A stretch of DNA of 61,221 nt from a virus. Its lineage: Duplodnaviria > Caudoviricetes. Location of the stretch: positions 1 to 61,221 of the IMG/VR virus record IMGVR_UViG_3300033143_005346. One strand, given 5' to 3'. The position numbers and the translations under genes are program-made. The notes under the pieces were generated by a model, which had not been told where the DNA came from, made no database searches, and worked only from the letters and a program-made list of their open reading frames with translations. Positions 1-7,736 of the stretch are shown in pieces. The stretch's first letter is position 1. Each line of letters begins with the position of its first letter.

Positions 1-528
1 TTTTGGAGCTTTGTTGTTTTTTTGACGAGCAATTTCCCATTCTGCAAATTTTTCTACTGGAAACCCTTTTGGAAAATCAATTTCCCCATACTTATTACTT
101 ATTACTTCTTCTATAATAGATAACGTACCAGTTTCCTTACCAGTTTCGCTACCAGTTTCGCTACCAGTTTCGGAAAAACCTCTTGCTTGATATTGCTCAT
201 AATTTAGGATAGTTACTATAACCCCCCTTACCAGTTTCGCTACCCGTATCATCGCCCGTTTCCTTAACAGTTTCGAGATTGTGTCTAAATGGTGGGGTTT
301 ATAACCGTGGGGGCGGTTCCCAACCTTATATTTAAGCATCTCTAATAATTCAGAATAAGATGTCAAGCATTGCCCCCGTTTTAACTTATAGCCCTTTTTA
401 GTACAATCTTTCCACTCTGCATTAAGCAACAAATAAACCCAAACCTTAAGATAGTGCGGTGGCTTATCCATTAGTTCTGAATCTAAAATGGCCCGATGTA
501 ATAATATATATCCAGTCTTTTTTACCAT
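1..528 (-). CDS. Phage replication initiator protein (lambda O / replisome-organiser-like), 3' end runs off the window
   Basis: Not in the ORF track; manual translation from ATG at 528: MVKKTGYILLHRAILDSELMDKPPHYLKVWVYLLLNAEWK...KRGQCLTSYSEL...IVTILNYEQYQ, then SETG repeats; open to position 1. This N-terminal pattern plus internal iterons is typical of phage initiators. Confidence 0.8.
   Translation of the reverse strand, partial: MVKKTGYILLHRAILDSELMDKPPHYLKVWVYLLLNAEWKDCTKKGYKLKRGQCLTSYSELLEMLKYKVGNRPHGYKPHHLDTISKLLRKRAMIRVAKLVRGVIVTILNYEQYQARGFSETGSETGSETGKETGTLSIIEEVISNKYGEIDFPKGFPVEKFAEWEIARQKNNKAPK
126..276. repeat. 12-bp iterons, putative replication origin
   Basis: Four tandem TACCAGTTTC(CT/GC/GC/GG) units at 126-173, a fifth at 229-240 and a variant TAACAGTTTCGA at 265-276, next to an AT-rich stretch (~85-122), inside the initiator gene. 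Confidence 0.8.
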
Positions 529-530
529 TT

Positions 531-914
531 TTACGGATGAAACCTTGGTACGTTCTGTCCCTTATATTCCATCCGCATCCAGGTCAGGAACGACCGATAG
601 GTGCCGATGATTTCCTTCATCGCGTGTAGTGCTTCCCTGCAAGCCAGATAAGTTGATTCTGAGTCGTCCACTTTAAATTTTAACATTGAGATTTCAACAT
701 GGCCCAAAGTTTGGGCCTTAAGGATACTTATAGCCATCCCTTTGTTTTTAAGCATTAGCTGCCGTTTGGCAAATTCAATATTGAAAACTCTTGTTTTTTC
801 AGCCTTGGCCCTTCCCAGGGTTTTATATTCGTCGTTTTTGTCTTCGATTTTTTTAATTAAATCTTGAAGTTGCTGGATTATTTCGTTGGGATCCAGATCA
901 TAATTTTCATCCAT
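531..914 (-). CDS. Hypothetical helical/coiled-coil protein
   Basis: 127-aa ORF tightly packed with neighbours in the minus-strand operon. Confidence 0.75.
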   Translation of the reverse strand: MDENYDLDPNEIIQQLQDLIKKIEDKNDEYKTLGRAKAEKTRVFNIEFAKRQLMLKNKGMAISILKAQTLGHVEISMLKFKVDDSESTYLACREALHAMKEIIGTYRSFLTWMRMEYKGQNVPRFHP

Positions 915-917
915 AAT

Positions 918-1097
918 TCAACCCTCGCTATCTCTGTCGTTATAGCCAACATCATATCCACTGTCATAGCCTTCACCCCCCGCTGCTTCCATACACTTTT
1001 CACACGGCTCAACGACTATGCCACCCCGCGTGTCTGTGCACTGGCCGCAAAGGCCATTACCGCACGAACACCAAACCTCAAACTCTATCGCTGGCAC
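918..1097 (-). CDS. Small Cys-rich hypothetical protein (59 aa)
   Basis: Not in track; GTG start, MPAIEFEVWCSCGNGLCGQCTDTRGGIVVEPCEKCMEAAGG...; fills the gap between neighbours almost exactly. Confidence 0.6.
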   Translation of the reverse strand: MPAIEFEVWCSCGNGLCGQCTDTRGGIVVEPCEKCMEAAGGEGYDSGYDVGYNDRDSEG

Positions 1098-1100
1098 TAT

Positions 1101-1292
1101 TTAATCCTTTCCACAATATGGGCAGGTGTCTAAATAACTATCTTCCCCCCACCTTCTTAAGCCCTCAGAATTATAAACATAATCGCCACGGTAAAGCGCA
1201 AGTTTAATTTGCTCACAACAAAAAACCGCAACCGTCGTTTCGTATTTAATCATGCCTTCCACTCTTAATGTTTTTTCTTTAAACTGTACCAC
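1101..1292 (-). CDS. Hypothetical protein with C-terminal CPYCG knuckle
   Basis: 63-aa ORF; FCC and CxxC motifs; overlaps the upstream gene. Confidence 0.6.
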   Translation of the reverse strand: MVQFKEKTLRVEGMIKYETTVAVFCCEQIKLALYRGDYVYNSEGLRRWGEDSYLDTCPYCGKD

Positions 1293-1593
1293 CGGAACCT
1301 CTCCTCTGAATATAAATCGTTAGACATTTAATTATTGCCATTTTCCTATCAAATCCCTTCCAGAAGGTTTCGGCCCCACGATGTTCCTTGTCGTGACAGT
1401 AAACACAAAGAGGCAAGGCCAGGTTGTCGTTATTTTTCGTGGCCATCCCAGGATTGAGACCAAAACTCTGGTGCGCCGGTACGATATCCAGGTACTCGGA
1501 TTTAATCCGACTGCAGCGAGTGCACGGAAGCGTGGTAAGAAACTCCAGATATTGCGGCAGTCGTAGAGGTTTTGGCTTTGGATATCCTACCAA
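1279..1593 (-). CDS. DUF968 / HNH-like zinc-binding putative nuclease
   Basis: YLEFLTTLPCTRC...AH...GMATKNND..ALPLCVYCHDKEH pattern typical of phage DUF968/HNHc-like proteins. Confidence 0.75.
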   Translation of the reverse strand: MVGYPKPKPLRLPQYLEFLTTLPCTRCSRIKSEYLDIVPAHQSFGLNPGMATKNNDNLALPLCVYCHDKEHRGAETFWKGFDRKMAIIKCLTIYIQRRGSGGTV

Positions 1594-1874
1594 TGGACTC
1601 TTATTTTACGTTTGGTTAGGTGGTCGCTGGTCCACTCTCTAACCAGCTCCCTTTTGTGTTTGCGAAAGGGTTTATATGTACGGCCAAGTCGGATAATGCG
1701 GCAGTAAATCCGCATCAGTATTAGGGTCTGAACGGAACCGCCCTTGGTCTGCTCTCCGGTACGCAGTCTTAGATAGTGCCGCACCGTCAAACCCAAAGCT
1801 CTGGCGACGTGGCTGTGCGACCCAAGATCTTCTCGTAAAATTTCAATCATTTCCTCAAATGTGTGAATCGGCAT
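1587..1874 (-). CDS. Cro/Xre-like helix-turn-helix regulator
   Basis: SHSHVARALGLTVRHYLRLRTG HTH-like segment; start reassigned to ATG 1874 because AAGGAG lies just upstream; first gene after the leftward promoter. Confidence 0.65.
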   Translation of the reverse strand: MPIHTFEEMIEILREDLGSHSHVARALGLTVRHYLRLRTGEQTKGGSVQTLILMRIYCRIIRLGRTYKPFRKHKRELVREWTSDHLTKRKIRVHW

Positions 1875-1938
1875 GTAACGCTCCTTTATTGTTATAAAAA
1901 TTAATAAAAGATAAATAAAACAAATAATTTCAGGAATC

Positions 1939-1967
1939 ATAATAGGTCATTACAGCACACTTGTCAA
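1939..1967 (-). promoter_or_regulatory. sigma70-type promoter (leftward)
   Basis: Minus strand TTGACA-17 bp-TATTAT upstream of the HTH gene. Confidence 0.8.
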
Positions 1968-2074
1968 GCAGCAGGTTGTTGCGAAAATCTGCAAAAATCA
2001 AAGAAAATAATAGGTTTAGTGTTAAAAATTTAAACAGATCGTACCTCAGCGTCTTTAATCCACCAAAACCAAAC

Positions 2075-2103
2075 TTGACAAGTGGGCTGTCACGTCCTAT
2101 AGT
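2075..2103 (+). promoter_or_regulatory. sigma70-type promoter (rightward, early operon)
   Basis: TTGACA (2075-2080)-17 bp-TATAGT (2098-2103). Confidence 0.8.
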
Positions 2104-2141
2104 GCTCATAACAAAAAAAACAATATTGGAAAGGAGTGCCA

Positions 2142-2366
2142 ATGGAGACCGGACAACCACTATTTGATTTGAATAAAACAGCCAAAGATCTGATCGAGTC
2201 TAATAATCATGTGGACTGGTCAGCTTTTAGCTTGTCTGATCGGTGCGTGCCAATAAACGCCGTCCAGGGGCCTGGTCTCCAGGGGGATAGGTGGCTGGTG
2301 CCAGCACACCCAGGAGAGCGTGTTGGTACCAGCCTTACAATTAAACCAGTAAGACAAAACAAATAA
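2142..2366 (+). CDS. Hypothetical protein
   Basis: AAGGAG at 2131-2136, then ATG 2142; first ORF after the rightward promoter. Confidence 0.55.
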   Translation: METGQPLFDLNKTAKDLIESNNHVDWSAFSLSDRCVPINAVQGPGLQGDRWLVPAHPGERVGTSLTIKPVRQNK

Positions 2367-2376
2367 GGGGGAACAA

Positions 2377-2601
2377 ATGGGAACAATGAGATATCTATCA
2401 AACAAAGGGGATGCCAAGGTTATGTGGGATCCAACCAACGCCGATGAAGTAGATGCCGCCAAGGCACAGTTCGACACTCTTAAGAAAAAAGGCTTTACGG
2501 CTTTTTTGGTCGGGAAAGACGGATCTAAGGGTAAAAAAATGTCAAAGTTTTCCAAAACAGCTGGCAGAATCATTATGGTTCCTAAACTTGTGGGGGGATA
2601 A
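2377..2601 (+). CDS. Small protein ending in Gly-Gly; putative ubiquitin-like (beta-grasp) protein
   Basis: 74 aa ending RIIMVPKLVGG; residue pattern fits beta-beta-alpha-beta-beta; purine-rich RBS upstream. The gene is confident; the fold is inferred. Confidence 0.6.
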   Translation: MGTMRYLSNKGDAKVMWDPTNADEVDAAKAQFDTLKKKGFTAFLVGKDGSKGKKMSKFSKTAGRIIMVPKLVGG

Positions 2602-3356
2602 TGGCAACAGTAGCAGGGTATAGCTGTACCTCATACGACAGTAACGACTGGGACAGCGGCACCAGCGCCACGTCTGACAATATCTGGTGTCAGTGGACTT
2701 CGGGCACCAGCAGCACGACCGGTGATTCGAGTGTCCTGGGTGGTCTATATGGTGGGTTGGGCGGTGCCCTTAGCGGTGGAACCGCCCAGGCACCAGGCCG
2801 TGCCCAACAACAAATGAGACAAGCTGCCATGGCGCGTCACGCCGACAGACAGATGGCCCAAATGATACAGCGGTCCCAAGAGCAGTGTACCTACAACAAC
2901 CGTCAGCTGTATAACGGCTGGATTAAAGACAGCCTAACAGATAAGATCTTGCTGTTATATGAGAGAAACCAGGCGAAGATCAACCAGATCTGGCAGCAGA
3001 TTATAGCTGATGAATTGCGAGAAGAAAAAGAAAAAGCAGAACGCACAGCCAGGTCTATGCTGCTGGACATCATCGGTGAGGATCAATATAAAATATACGA
3101 AGAAACCGGCAACCTGTTGGTTAAGGGCCGCAGGAACGACTATCTGATAAGCAACAGGGGTAATGTTAAGCGGGTTACGAAAGACAAGATTATAGACCTG
3201 TGCGTGCACCTGCAAGAGCGCTACAAGTATCCAGAAACCGATAATATTATCACCCTGGCAATGAACTTTAAGCACAACGAGTGGCGCACCGACAGGGCTG
3301 CCAATGATTACCATAGTGTTCCAAAAGGGCAACTGCCAAAAGCAGCTAATTTTTAA
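2601..3356 (+). CDS. Partner of the GG protein: low-complexity N-terminus, coiled coil, C-terminal Cys domain (LCVH), possibly E2-like
   Basis: TAATG stop/start overlap with the GG gene; C-terminal globular region ...IIDLCVHLQERYKYPETDNIITLAM... Confidence 0.55.
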   Translation: MATVAGYSCTSYDSNDWDSGTSATSDNIWCQWTSGTSSTTGDSSVLGGLYGGLGGALSGGTAQAPGRAQQQMRQAAMARHADRQMAQMIQRSQEQCTYNNRQLYNGWIKDSLTDKILLLYERNQAKINQIWQQIIADELREEKEKAERTARSMLLDIIGEDQYKIYEETGNLLVKGRRNDYLISNRGNVKRVTKDKIIDLCVHLQERYKYPETDNIITLAMNFKHNEWRTDRAANDYHSVPKGQLPKAANF

Positions 3357-3372
3357 GCAGGAAGGAAACCAG

Positions 3373-3567
3373 ATGACAAAAGAAACCAACAAATTTACAT
3401 TAACCTTCACCGGAGAACAGTTACAGGTATTGTCCGACATAGCTCATTCGGTTTCGGTAAACAAGGTTGTCTTGTGGGACGACCTAATAACAGAACAAAA
3501 ATTAGATCTGGTTGAAGTTGGAAACCTGATTCAAAAACAACTGGACTTCCCAAACTTAAAATTTTAA
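3373..3567 (+). CDS. Hypothetical protein
   Basis: AAGGA RBS before ATG 3373 (MTKETNKFTLTF...). Confidence 0.65.
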   Translation: MTKETNKFTLTFTGEQLQVLSDIAHSVSVNKVVLWDDLITEQKLDLVEVGNLIQKQLDFPNLKF

Positions 3568-3590
3568 GACATCTACCAAAAGGATAAACC

Positions 3591-3758
3591 ATGAATGGCA
3601 GAAAGGCGAAAAAAACAAGAAGGCTTGTATATGGCGATTATTCTCACCAATTAAGAGAATACAGGAAGGATAAAAACGGAACAGTCTACTGCGTGGGATT
3701 ACGTCGCGCCTATCAAGAAGCAAAAAAACTCAATAAAAGGAGACAGCTATGCCATTAA
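3591..3758 (+). CDS. Small basic hypothetical protein (55 aa)
   Basis: Not in track; AAGGA RBS, MNGRKAKKTRRLVYGDYS...RRAYQEAKK; overlaps the start of the exonuclease gene. Confidence 0.6.
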   Translation: MNGRKAKKTRRLVYGDYSHQLREYRKDKNGTVYCVGLRRAYQEAKKLNKRRQLCH

Positions 3759-4687
3759 CACATTTTATCTGTCCAGACACTAAAAGAATATCGGTAAAAC
3801 AATGCTTAACAACCAAGGGCTGCCGCATGAACGAACGCTGTTGTCCATTACCGTTCTTAAGAAAGGTCAGTTATGACCGAAAATACGGTGGCGTAACCCC
3901 GTCTGCTGCCGGTAATGGCCCCAGGCTGATCTGGGGAAAAGCTAATTTTGATTATGCAACCGATCCAGATGGCCGCGTATTTGCAGTTCTGGGGTCTACA
4001 ATCCATGGCCGACTGGCCGAAAGGGGTATTTCGTATAACGTGCTTAGCGAAGAACCGTTGCGCGATGAAGACGCCAAGGGGATTGCCGACCTACTGGAAC
4101 CCGACGAATGGATCCCTGATCAGTATATTCTCACAGATCATAAAACGTCCGGATCTTATGCTGTGGCCAAATGGATGGGCATCCAGATTGAGAAAAAAGA
4201 TGTACCGATCCTGGACAGTAAAGGAAACCAGGTTTATTTAAAATCTGGAAAAAATAAAGGCCAGGCTAAAACAAAAAGGGAGTCCAGGGTTATCCAGGTG
4301 GATCCAAAAAAAGATCTTTTCGGCGTAGCCCTTCAAGTTAATCGCTACCGTATTTTTTATGAGTCATATGGCTTTAAGGTTAGCAGAATGAGGATCTTTG
4401 CCATACCCAGAGATGGTGGTACGTTTATTGCTAAAAATCGTGGCATCACCAGCAACAAATACCTGATCGAACTGCCAAAAATACAGGACTCTGAAGTGTT
4501 GAGCTTCTATGCTAAACTCCAGGCCGAAGTCAACCAGGCTTTTGATGATGAATGGGCCAGGGTGTGCTTGCCATGGGAGTGTTGGGATGGTAATCGTTGC
4601 GCCAACTATTGTGAGATTAAGGAAGACTGTAAAGATTTATGCAGGGAGTTTAATGAAAAATGGCCAGGACAGGGGAAAGAAAGATAG
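3749..4687 (+). CDS. PD-(D/E)xK exonuclease, Cas4/RecB-like
   Basis: GSTIH, GIADLL, LTDHKT (DxK), QVNRY motifs and a C-terminal C..YC....C cysteine cluster. Confidence 0.8.
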   Translation: MPLTHFICPDTKRISVKQCLTTKGCRMNERCCPLPFLRKVSYDRKYGGVTPSAAGNGPRLIWGKANFDYATDPDGRVFAVLGSTIHGRLAERGISYNVLSEEPLRDEDAKGIADLLEPDEWIPDQYILTDHKTSGSYAVAKWMGIQIEKKDVPILDSKGNQVYLKSGKNKGQAKTKRESRVIQVDPKKDLFGVALQVNRYRIFYESYGFKVSRMRIFAIPRDGGTFIAKNRGITSNKYLIELPKIQDSEVLSFYAKLQAEVNQAFDDEWARVCLPWECWDGNRCANYCEIKEDCKDLCREFNEKWPGQGKER

Positions 4688-5025
4688 CTAAAATAGCCAT
4701 GGAGCTTTTTGGCAGCTTCGTTAGGAAGGTTCGTATCATAAAAGACGACAAGGGGCATCCGGTCATGCGGTTGGTTTACAATCATGGCTACAAGGTTCAT
4801 ATTTTACAAACCTTTCCAACGGAACGAGCTATAGCTGGAAAATTTATATCGCAAACATATTTCATTAATATTTTAGACCCATCAGGGAATATAATTGTTC
4901 AAAAAGAATTTTTAACGGCCAAAATGGTAAAGTTGGCCATACTTAAAACCAAAGCACTCGACATATTGAAAGGAGCAAGTTATGGGCTTAACAGCAAAAG
5001 ATCCAGGTGGTTCAGACAATTTTGA
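4660..5025 (+). CDS. Hypothetical protein (start may be ATG 4699)
   Basis: ORF fills the gap between the exonuclease and SSB genes. Confidence 0.5.
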   Translation: MARTGERKIAKIAMELFGSFVRKVRIIKDDKGHPVMRLVYNHGYKVHILQTFPTERAIAGKFISQTYFINILDPSGNIIVQKEFLTAKMVKLAILKTKALDILKGASYGLNSKRSRWFRQF

Positions 5026-5653
5026 ACCAGTCCCATCGGGAGCCTGGCAAGCGGTATGTATAGCGGTTGTAGACCTTGGTACCCAATTAAACCCACTGTA
5101 TAATAAGGAAATTTATAAAGTCCTTGTTATGTGGGAATTTCCGGAGCACCAAGTTGATGTCTCAAGAGAGGGAGAACCGGAAAAAAGTATGCCAATGGTT
5201 ATTTCTAAGATGTACCGGCTTTCGTTACACCAAAAAGCCAATCTCAGGCAAGACCTTGAGGCATGGCGGCAGAAACCGTTTTCAGAAGAAGAACTGCAAG
5301 GCTTTAATCTTTCCAAATTAATAGGTGTTAATGCCAACCTCCAGATTGTGCATGTAAAGAAACAAACCAGTTCCGGTGAAAAAACCTATGCCAACATTAA
5401 TGCGATTATGGGACTGATGAAAGGCCAAGTAAAAATAGATCCGGAACACAACACGATCATGTATGAGATCGACAGCGGGGATCCAGTCCCTGATGATCTT
5501 CCAGACTGGATTGCCAACATGGTCCGCATGTCACCGGAATATCAACAGCTTCATCCAGACCAGAGCCAATATCAAGGATCACAACAGCCACCCAGTGAAG
5601 CACCCAGCGCAGAAAGTGGAGATCCTGGGTACGATGATGATATTCCGTTTTAA
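4982..5653 (+). CDS. Phage single-stranded DNA-binding protein-like
   Basis: Acidic C-terminal DDDIPF tail after a Q/P-rich linker; AVVDLGTQ and SLHQKANLRQDLEAWR motifs seen in phage SSB-like proteins; AAGGAG RBS. Confidence 0.75.
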   Translation: MGLTAKDPGGSDNFEPVPSGAWQAVCIAVVDLGTQLNPLYNKEIYKVLVMWEFPEHQVDVSREGEPEKSMPMVISKMYRLSLHQKANLRQDLEAWRQKPFSEEELQGFNLSKLIGVNANLQIVHVKKQTSSGEKTYANINAIMGLMKGQVKIDPEHNTIMYEIDSGDPVPDDLPDWIANMVRMSPEYQQLHPDQSQYQGSQQPPSEAPSAESGDPGYDDDIPF

Positions 5654-5708
5654 AAGAAATACGTCGTGACGCATAATCTTATATTAGCTGTCAGAGAGGC
5701 AATGAACA

Positions 5709-5888
5709 ATGAAAACCGGAAAAGAGATACTTGAATATTATGGCAAGTGTTGCGTAAGCGAATCTTCTTTTGAGAAAAATATGGCCTACCCTGCTGGAGA
5801 AAAGGGAGAAACCCTTGCTCGAATGGATGCTTTTAAAATTGAAAATATTAGAGGACAAAAAAAAGCTATTGAATTTATTTTTGAATAA
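5709..5888 (+). CDS. Hypothetical protein (59 aa)
   Basis: Not in track; MKTGKEILEYYGKCCV...; on the operon strand. Confidence 0.5.
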   Translation: MKTGKEILEYYGKCCVSESSFEKNMAYPAGEKGETLARMDAFKIENIRGQKKAIEFIFE

Positions 5889-5912
5889 ACAGCCCCACAG
5901 GACAGGGTAAGC

Positions 5913-6086
5913 ATGAGCACATGGCTCACAATAAGAGATCAGGAAGATGTTGAATTGTCTGAAGACGGCGAAACAATAGACGTTCTGTTCCAAACCGATC
6001 GTTTCGGAAACAATTATATTGAAATACCTATAAAATTTATTAAACACTGCTTACACAATAAATCAATGCAGAACCAGAAAGAATGA
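5913..6086 (+). CDS. Hypothetical protein (57 aa)
   Basis: Not in track; MSTWLTIRDQEDVELSEDGETIDVLFQTDRFGNNYIEIP... Confidence 0.55.
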   Translation: MSTWLTIRDQEDVELSEDGETIDVLFQTDRFGNNYIEIPIKFIKHCLHNKSMQNQKE

Positions 6087-6100
6087 CAAGGGGGGAGCAA

Positions 6101-6853
6101 ATGAAAAAACTATTTATTATTCTGGCAATCACCATTTCCTTGGCAATAACTATTCCCGCAATCGCTGGCAGCCCCTATGTGTCGTTGAAGGGCTTACTGG
6201 GAACAACCAATACGGGCGATATCAAAATCTCACACATACCCGAAGGTCTCATAAATGCTACCAATACTGGCAGCTCCGACACAGCCGAAAGCGCTGGTTT
6301 CGCTATTGGTTATGACACTGGCGACGTGAGGTTTGAGTTTGAGTATGTAAACCGCCTGAAGGTTGAACATGATACAAGCCTTGCCATCCTTAATGGAGGG
6401 ATAACAATCGATGGCACTTATATACCATTTAACGACCCAAGTTTTTATGGAGCTATTGACTGGATTAACGGAGGGCTTGCAGACCATTTCAATATTAATG
6501 CAAACATCGAAACCGAAACATTCTTTATGAATATTTATGCTGATTTTCCGGTAGCCAAAAAAATTGAACTTTATGCCGGTGCCGGTATCGGGATGGCCAA
6601 ACATGCCAGCAAAGTAACCTATTTGGTCCACAGTATTTTCGGCGACCACTGGGCAAGCATGGAGGATGCCGATTCTAATACCTGTGTTGCATACAATATT
6701 CAACTGGGCGTTGCCCTTTTAATCACAAACAGCCTTACTTTTGACGCGGGTCTTCGCTATACCGATCTTGGCGAAGCAGAGCTTGGGAGTTTCCTGGAGT
6801 CTGATTCAATAATTGCCAAAGAGGCGGTTTTGGCTCTAAGATATACATTCTAA
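6101..6853 (+). CDS. Outer-membrane beta-barrel protein (Opa/Ail/Lom/OmpA-like 8-stranded family)
   Basis: Sec signal peptide (MKKLFIILAITISLAITIPAIA), amphipathic strands (GFAIGYD, RFEFEY, LYAGAGIGMA, FDAGLRYTDLG), C-terminal LRYTF BAM-type signal; GGGGAG RBS. Confidence 0.85.
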   Translation: MKKLFIILAITISLAITIPAIAGSPYVSLKGLLGTTNTGDIKISHIPEGLINATNTGSSDTAESAGFAIGYDTGDVRFEFEYVNRLKVEHDTSLAILNGGITIDGTYIPFNDPSFYGAIDWINGGLADHFNINANIETETFFMNIYADFPVAKKIELYAGAGIGMAKHASKVTYLVHSIFGDHWASMEDADSNTCVAYNIQLGVALLITNSLTFDAGLRYTDLGEAELGSFLESDSIIAKEAVLALRYTF

Positions 6854-6880
6854 AAACAACCAACCCTGAAAGGATTGGGC

Positions 6881-7153
6881 ATGAAGGTAATCTATAAATA
6901 TGACATATGGATACTAAAGATTGAAATTATAATCCAGATGCCTAAAGGAGCAAAAATCCTGTCCGTCAAGGTGCAGAACAATAAGCCAAGAATGTGGGTG
7001 CTGGCAGATCCGGACAAGCCAATGGTCCAGCGTCAATTCCTACTGTTGGAAACGGGCCAAAAGTTTGCACCTTATGTTGATCTAAACCATGTCGGAACTT
7101 TTCAGCTTCGCGATGGAGACTTTGTGGGCCATCTTTTTGAGGTAATGGGATAA
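6881..7153 (+). CDS. Conserved phage hypothetical protein
   Basis: MKVIYKY...MPKGAKILSV.VQ...W.L.DP...GTFQ...VGHLFE pattern common in phage early regions. Confidence 0.75.
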   Translation: MKVIYKYDIWILKIEIIIQMPKGAKILSVKVQNNKPRMWVLADPDKPMVQRQFLLLETGQKFAPYVDLNHVGTFQLRDGDFVGHLFEVMG

Positions 7154-7154
7154 A

Positions 7155-7382
7155 ATGAGCGAAACACCATCAAACAGAAGGAGAAAGGGCAGGAACGCCT
7201 TTGAACCTGGAGTTGATCCTATGGATTTACAGCCATATGCGGCAAGATCTTGGGGATATGATTATTATCTGCAGGACTGGCTGGACGGTTGGGAAGAAGC
7301 CAAAAAAGACCACGAAAACATGGTTTGTGAATTTTGTGGGGAAAAAGACTGCGAAGATGCTGAGTGTGAAGATGACTATTAA
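7155..7382 (+). CDS. Hypothetical protein, C-terminal CxxC
   Basis: 75 aa; WLDGWEEA and CEFCG motifs; packed with neighbours. Confidence 0.65.
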   Translation: MSETPSNRRRKGRNAFEPGVDPMDLQPYAARSWGYDYYLQDWLDGWEEAKKDHENMVCEFCGEKDCEDAECEDDY

Positions 7383-7475
7383 AACGGTAAACGCCTTTTT
7401 GTATTTTTGGACCATTTTCCGTTTACCCAAAACGAGTCTGGCCAGAAACCAGGCATATAGGAGCGCCGAAAACCA

Positions 7476-7736
7476 ATGGATAAAGAATATAAATTCCAAA
7501 CAGATCTTGAGTCAGGGGCTGTGATTTTAGAACCGACACAGCGGATTAATTTGGCATCGGGCAATATAGTGCGTGTGTGGTTTACACCCAAGGGCCAGAT
7601 AATGGCTATCCCAAAGTCATCGTTAAGCAACGGGGACGTGAAGCTATTAAAGGAAGACACTGTGTATGGGCTTGGCAATATACCAGGGTTACATAGCGAA
7701 GACGGAGACACAGAGAATGAAACAGAGCAAGGATGA
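7476..7736 (+). CDS. Hypothetical protein
   Basis: 86-aa ORF with upstream AGGAG. Confidence 0.6.
   Translation: MDKEYKFQTDLESGAVILEPTQRINLASGNIVRVWFTPKGQIMAIPKSSLSNGDVKLLKEDTVYGLGNIPGLHSEDGDTENETEQG

Noticed and set aside
126-276. CRISPR array
   Set aside because: Units are 12 bp, directly tandem with no spacers, and lie inside a coding frame; iterons explain them better.
1875-1940. Hydrophobic N-terminal extension (membrane anchor) on the HTH protein, as given in the ORF track
   Set aside because: The segment overlaps the promoter and AT-rich leader; a good RBS supports the downstream ATG at 1874.
3749-4687. CRISPR-associated cas4
   Set aside because: No other cas genes or array; stand-alone Cas4-like exonucleases are common in phage recombination modules.
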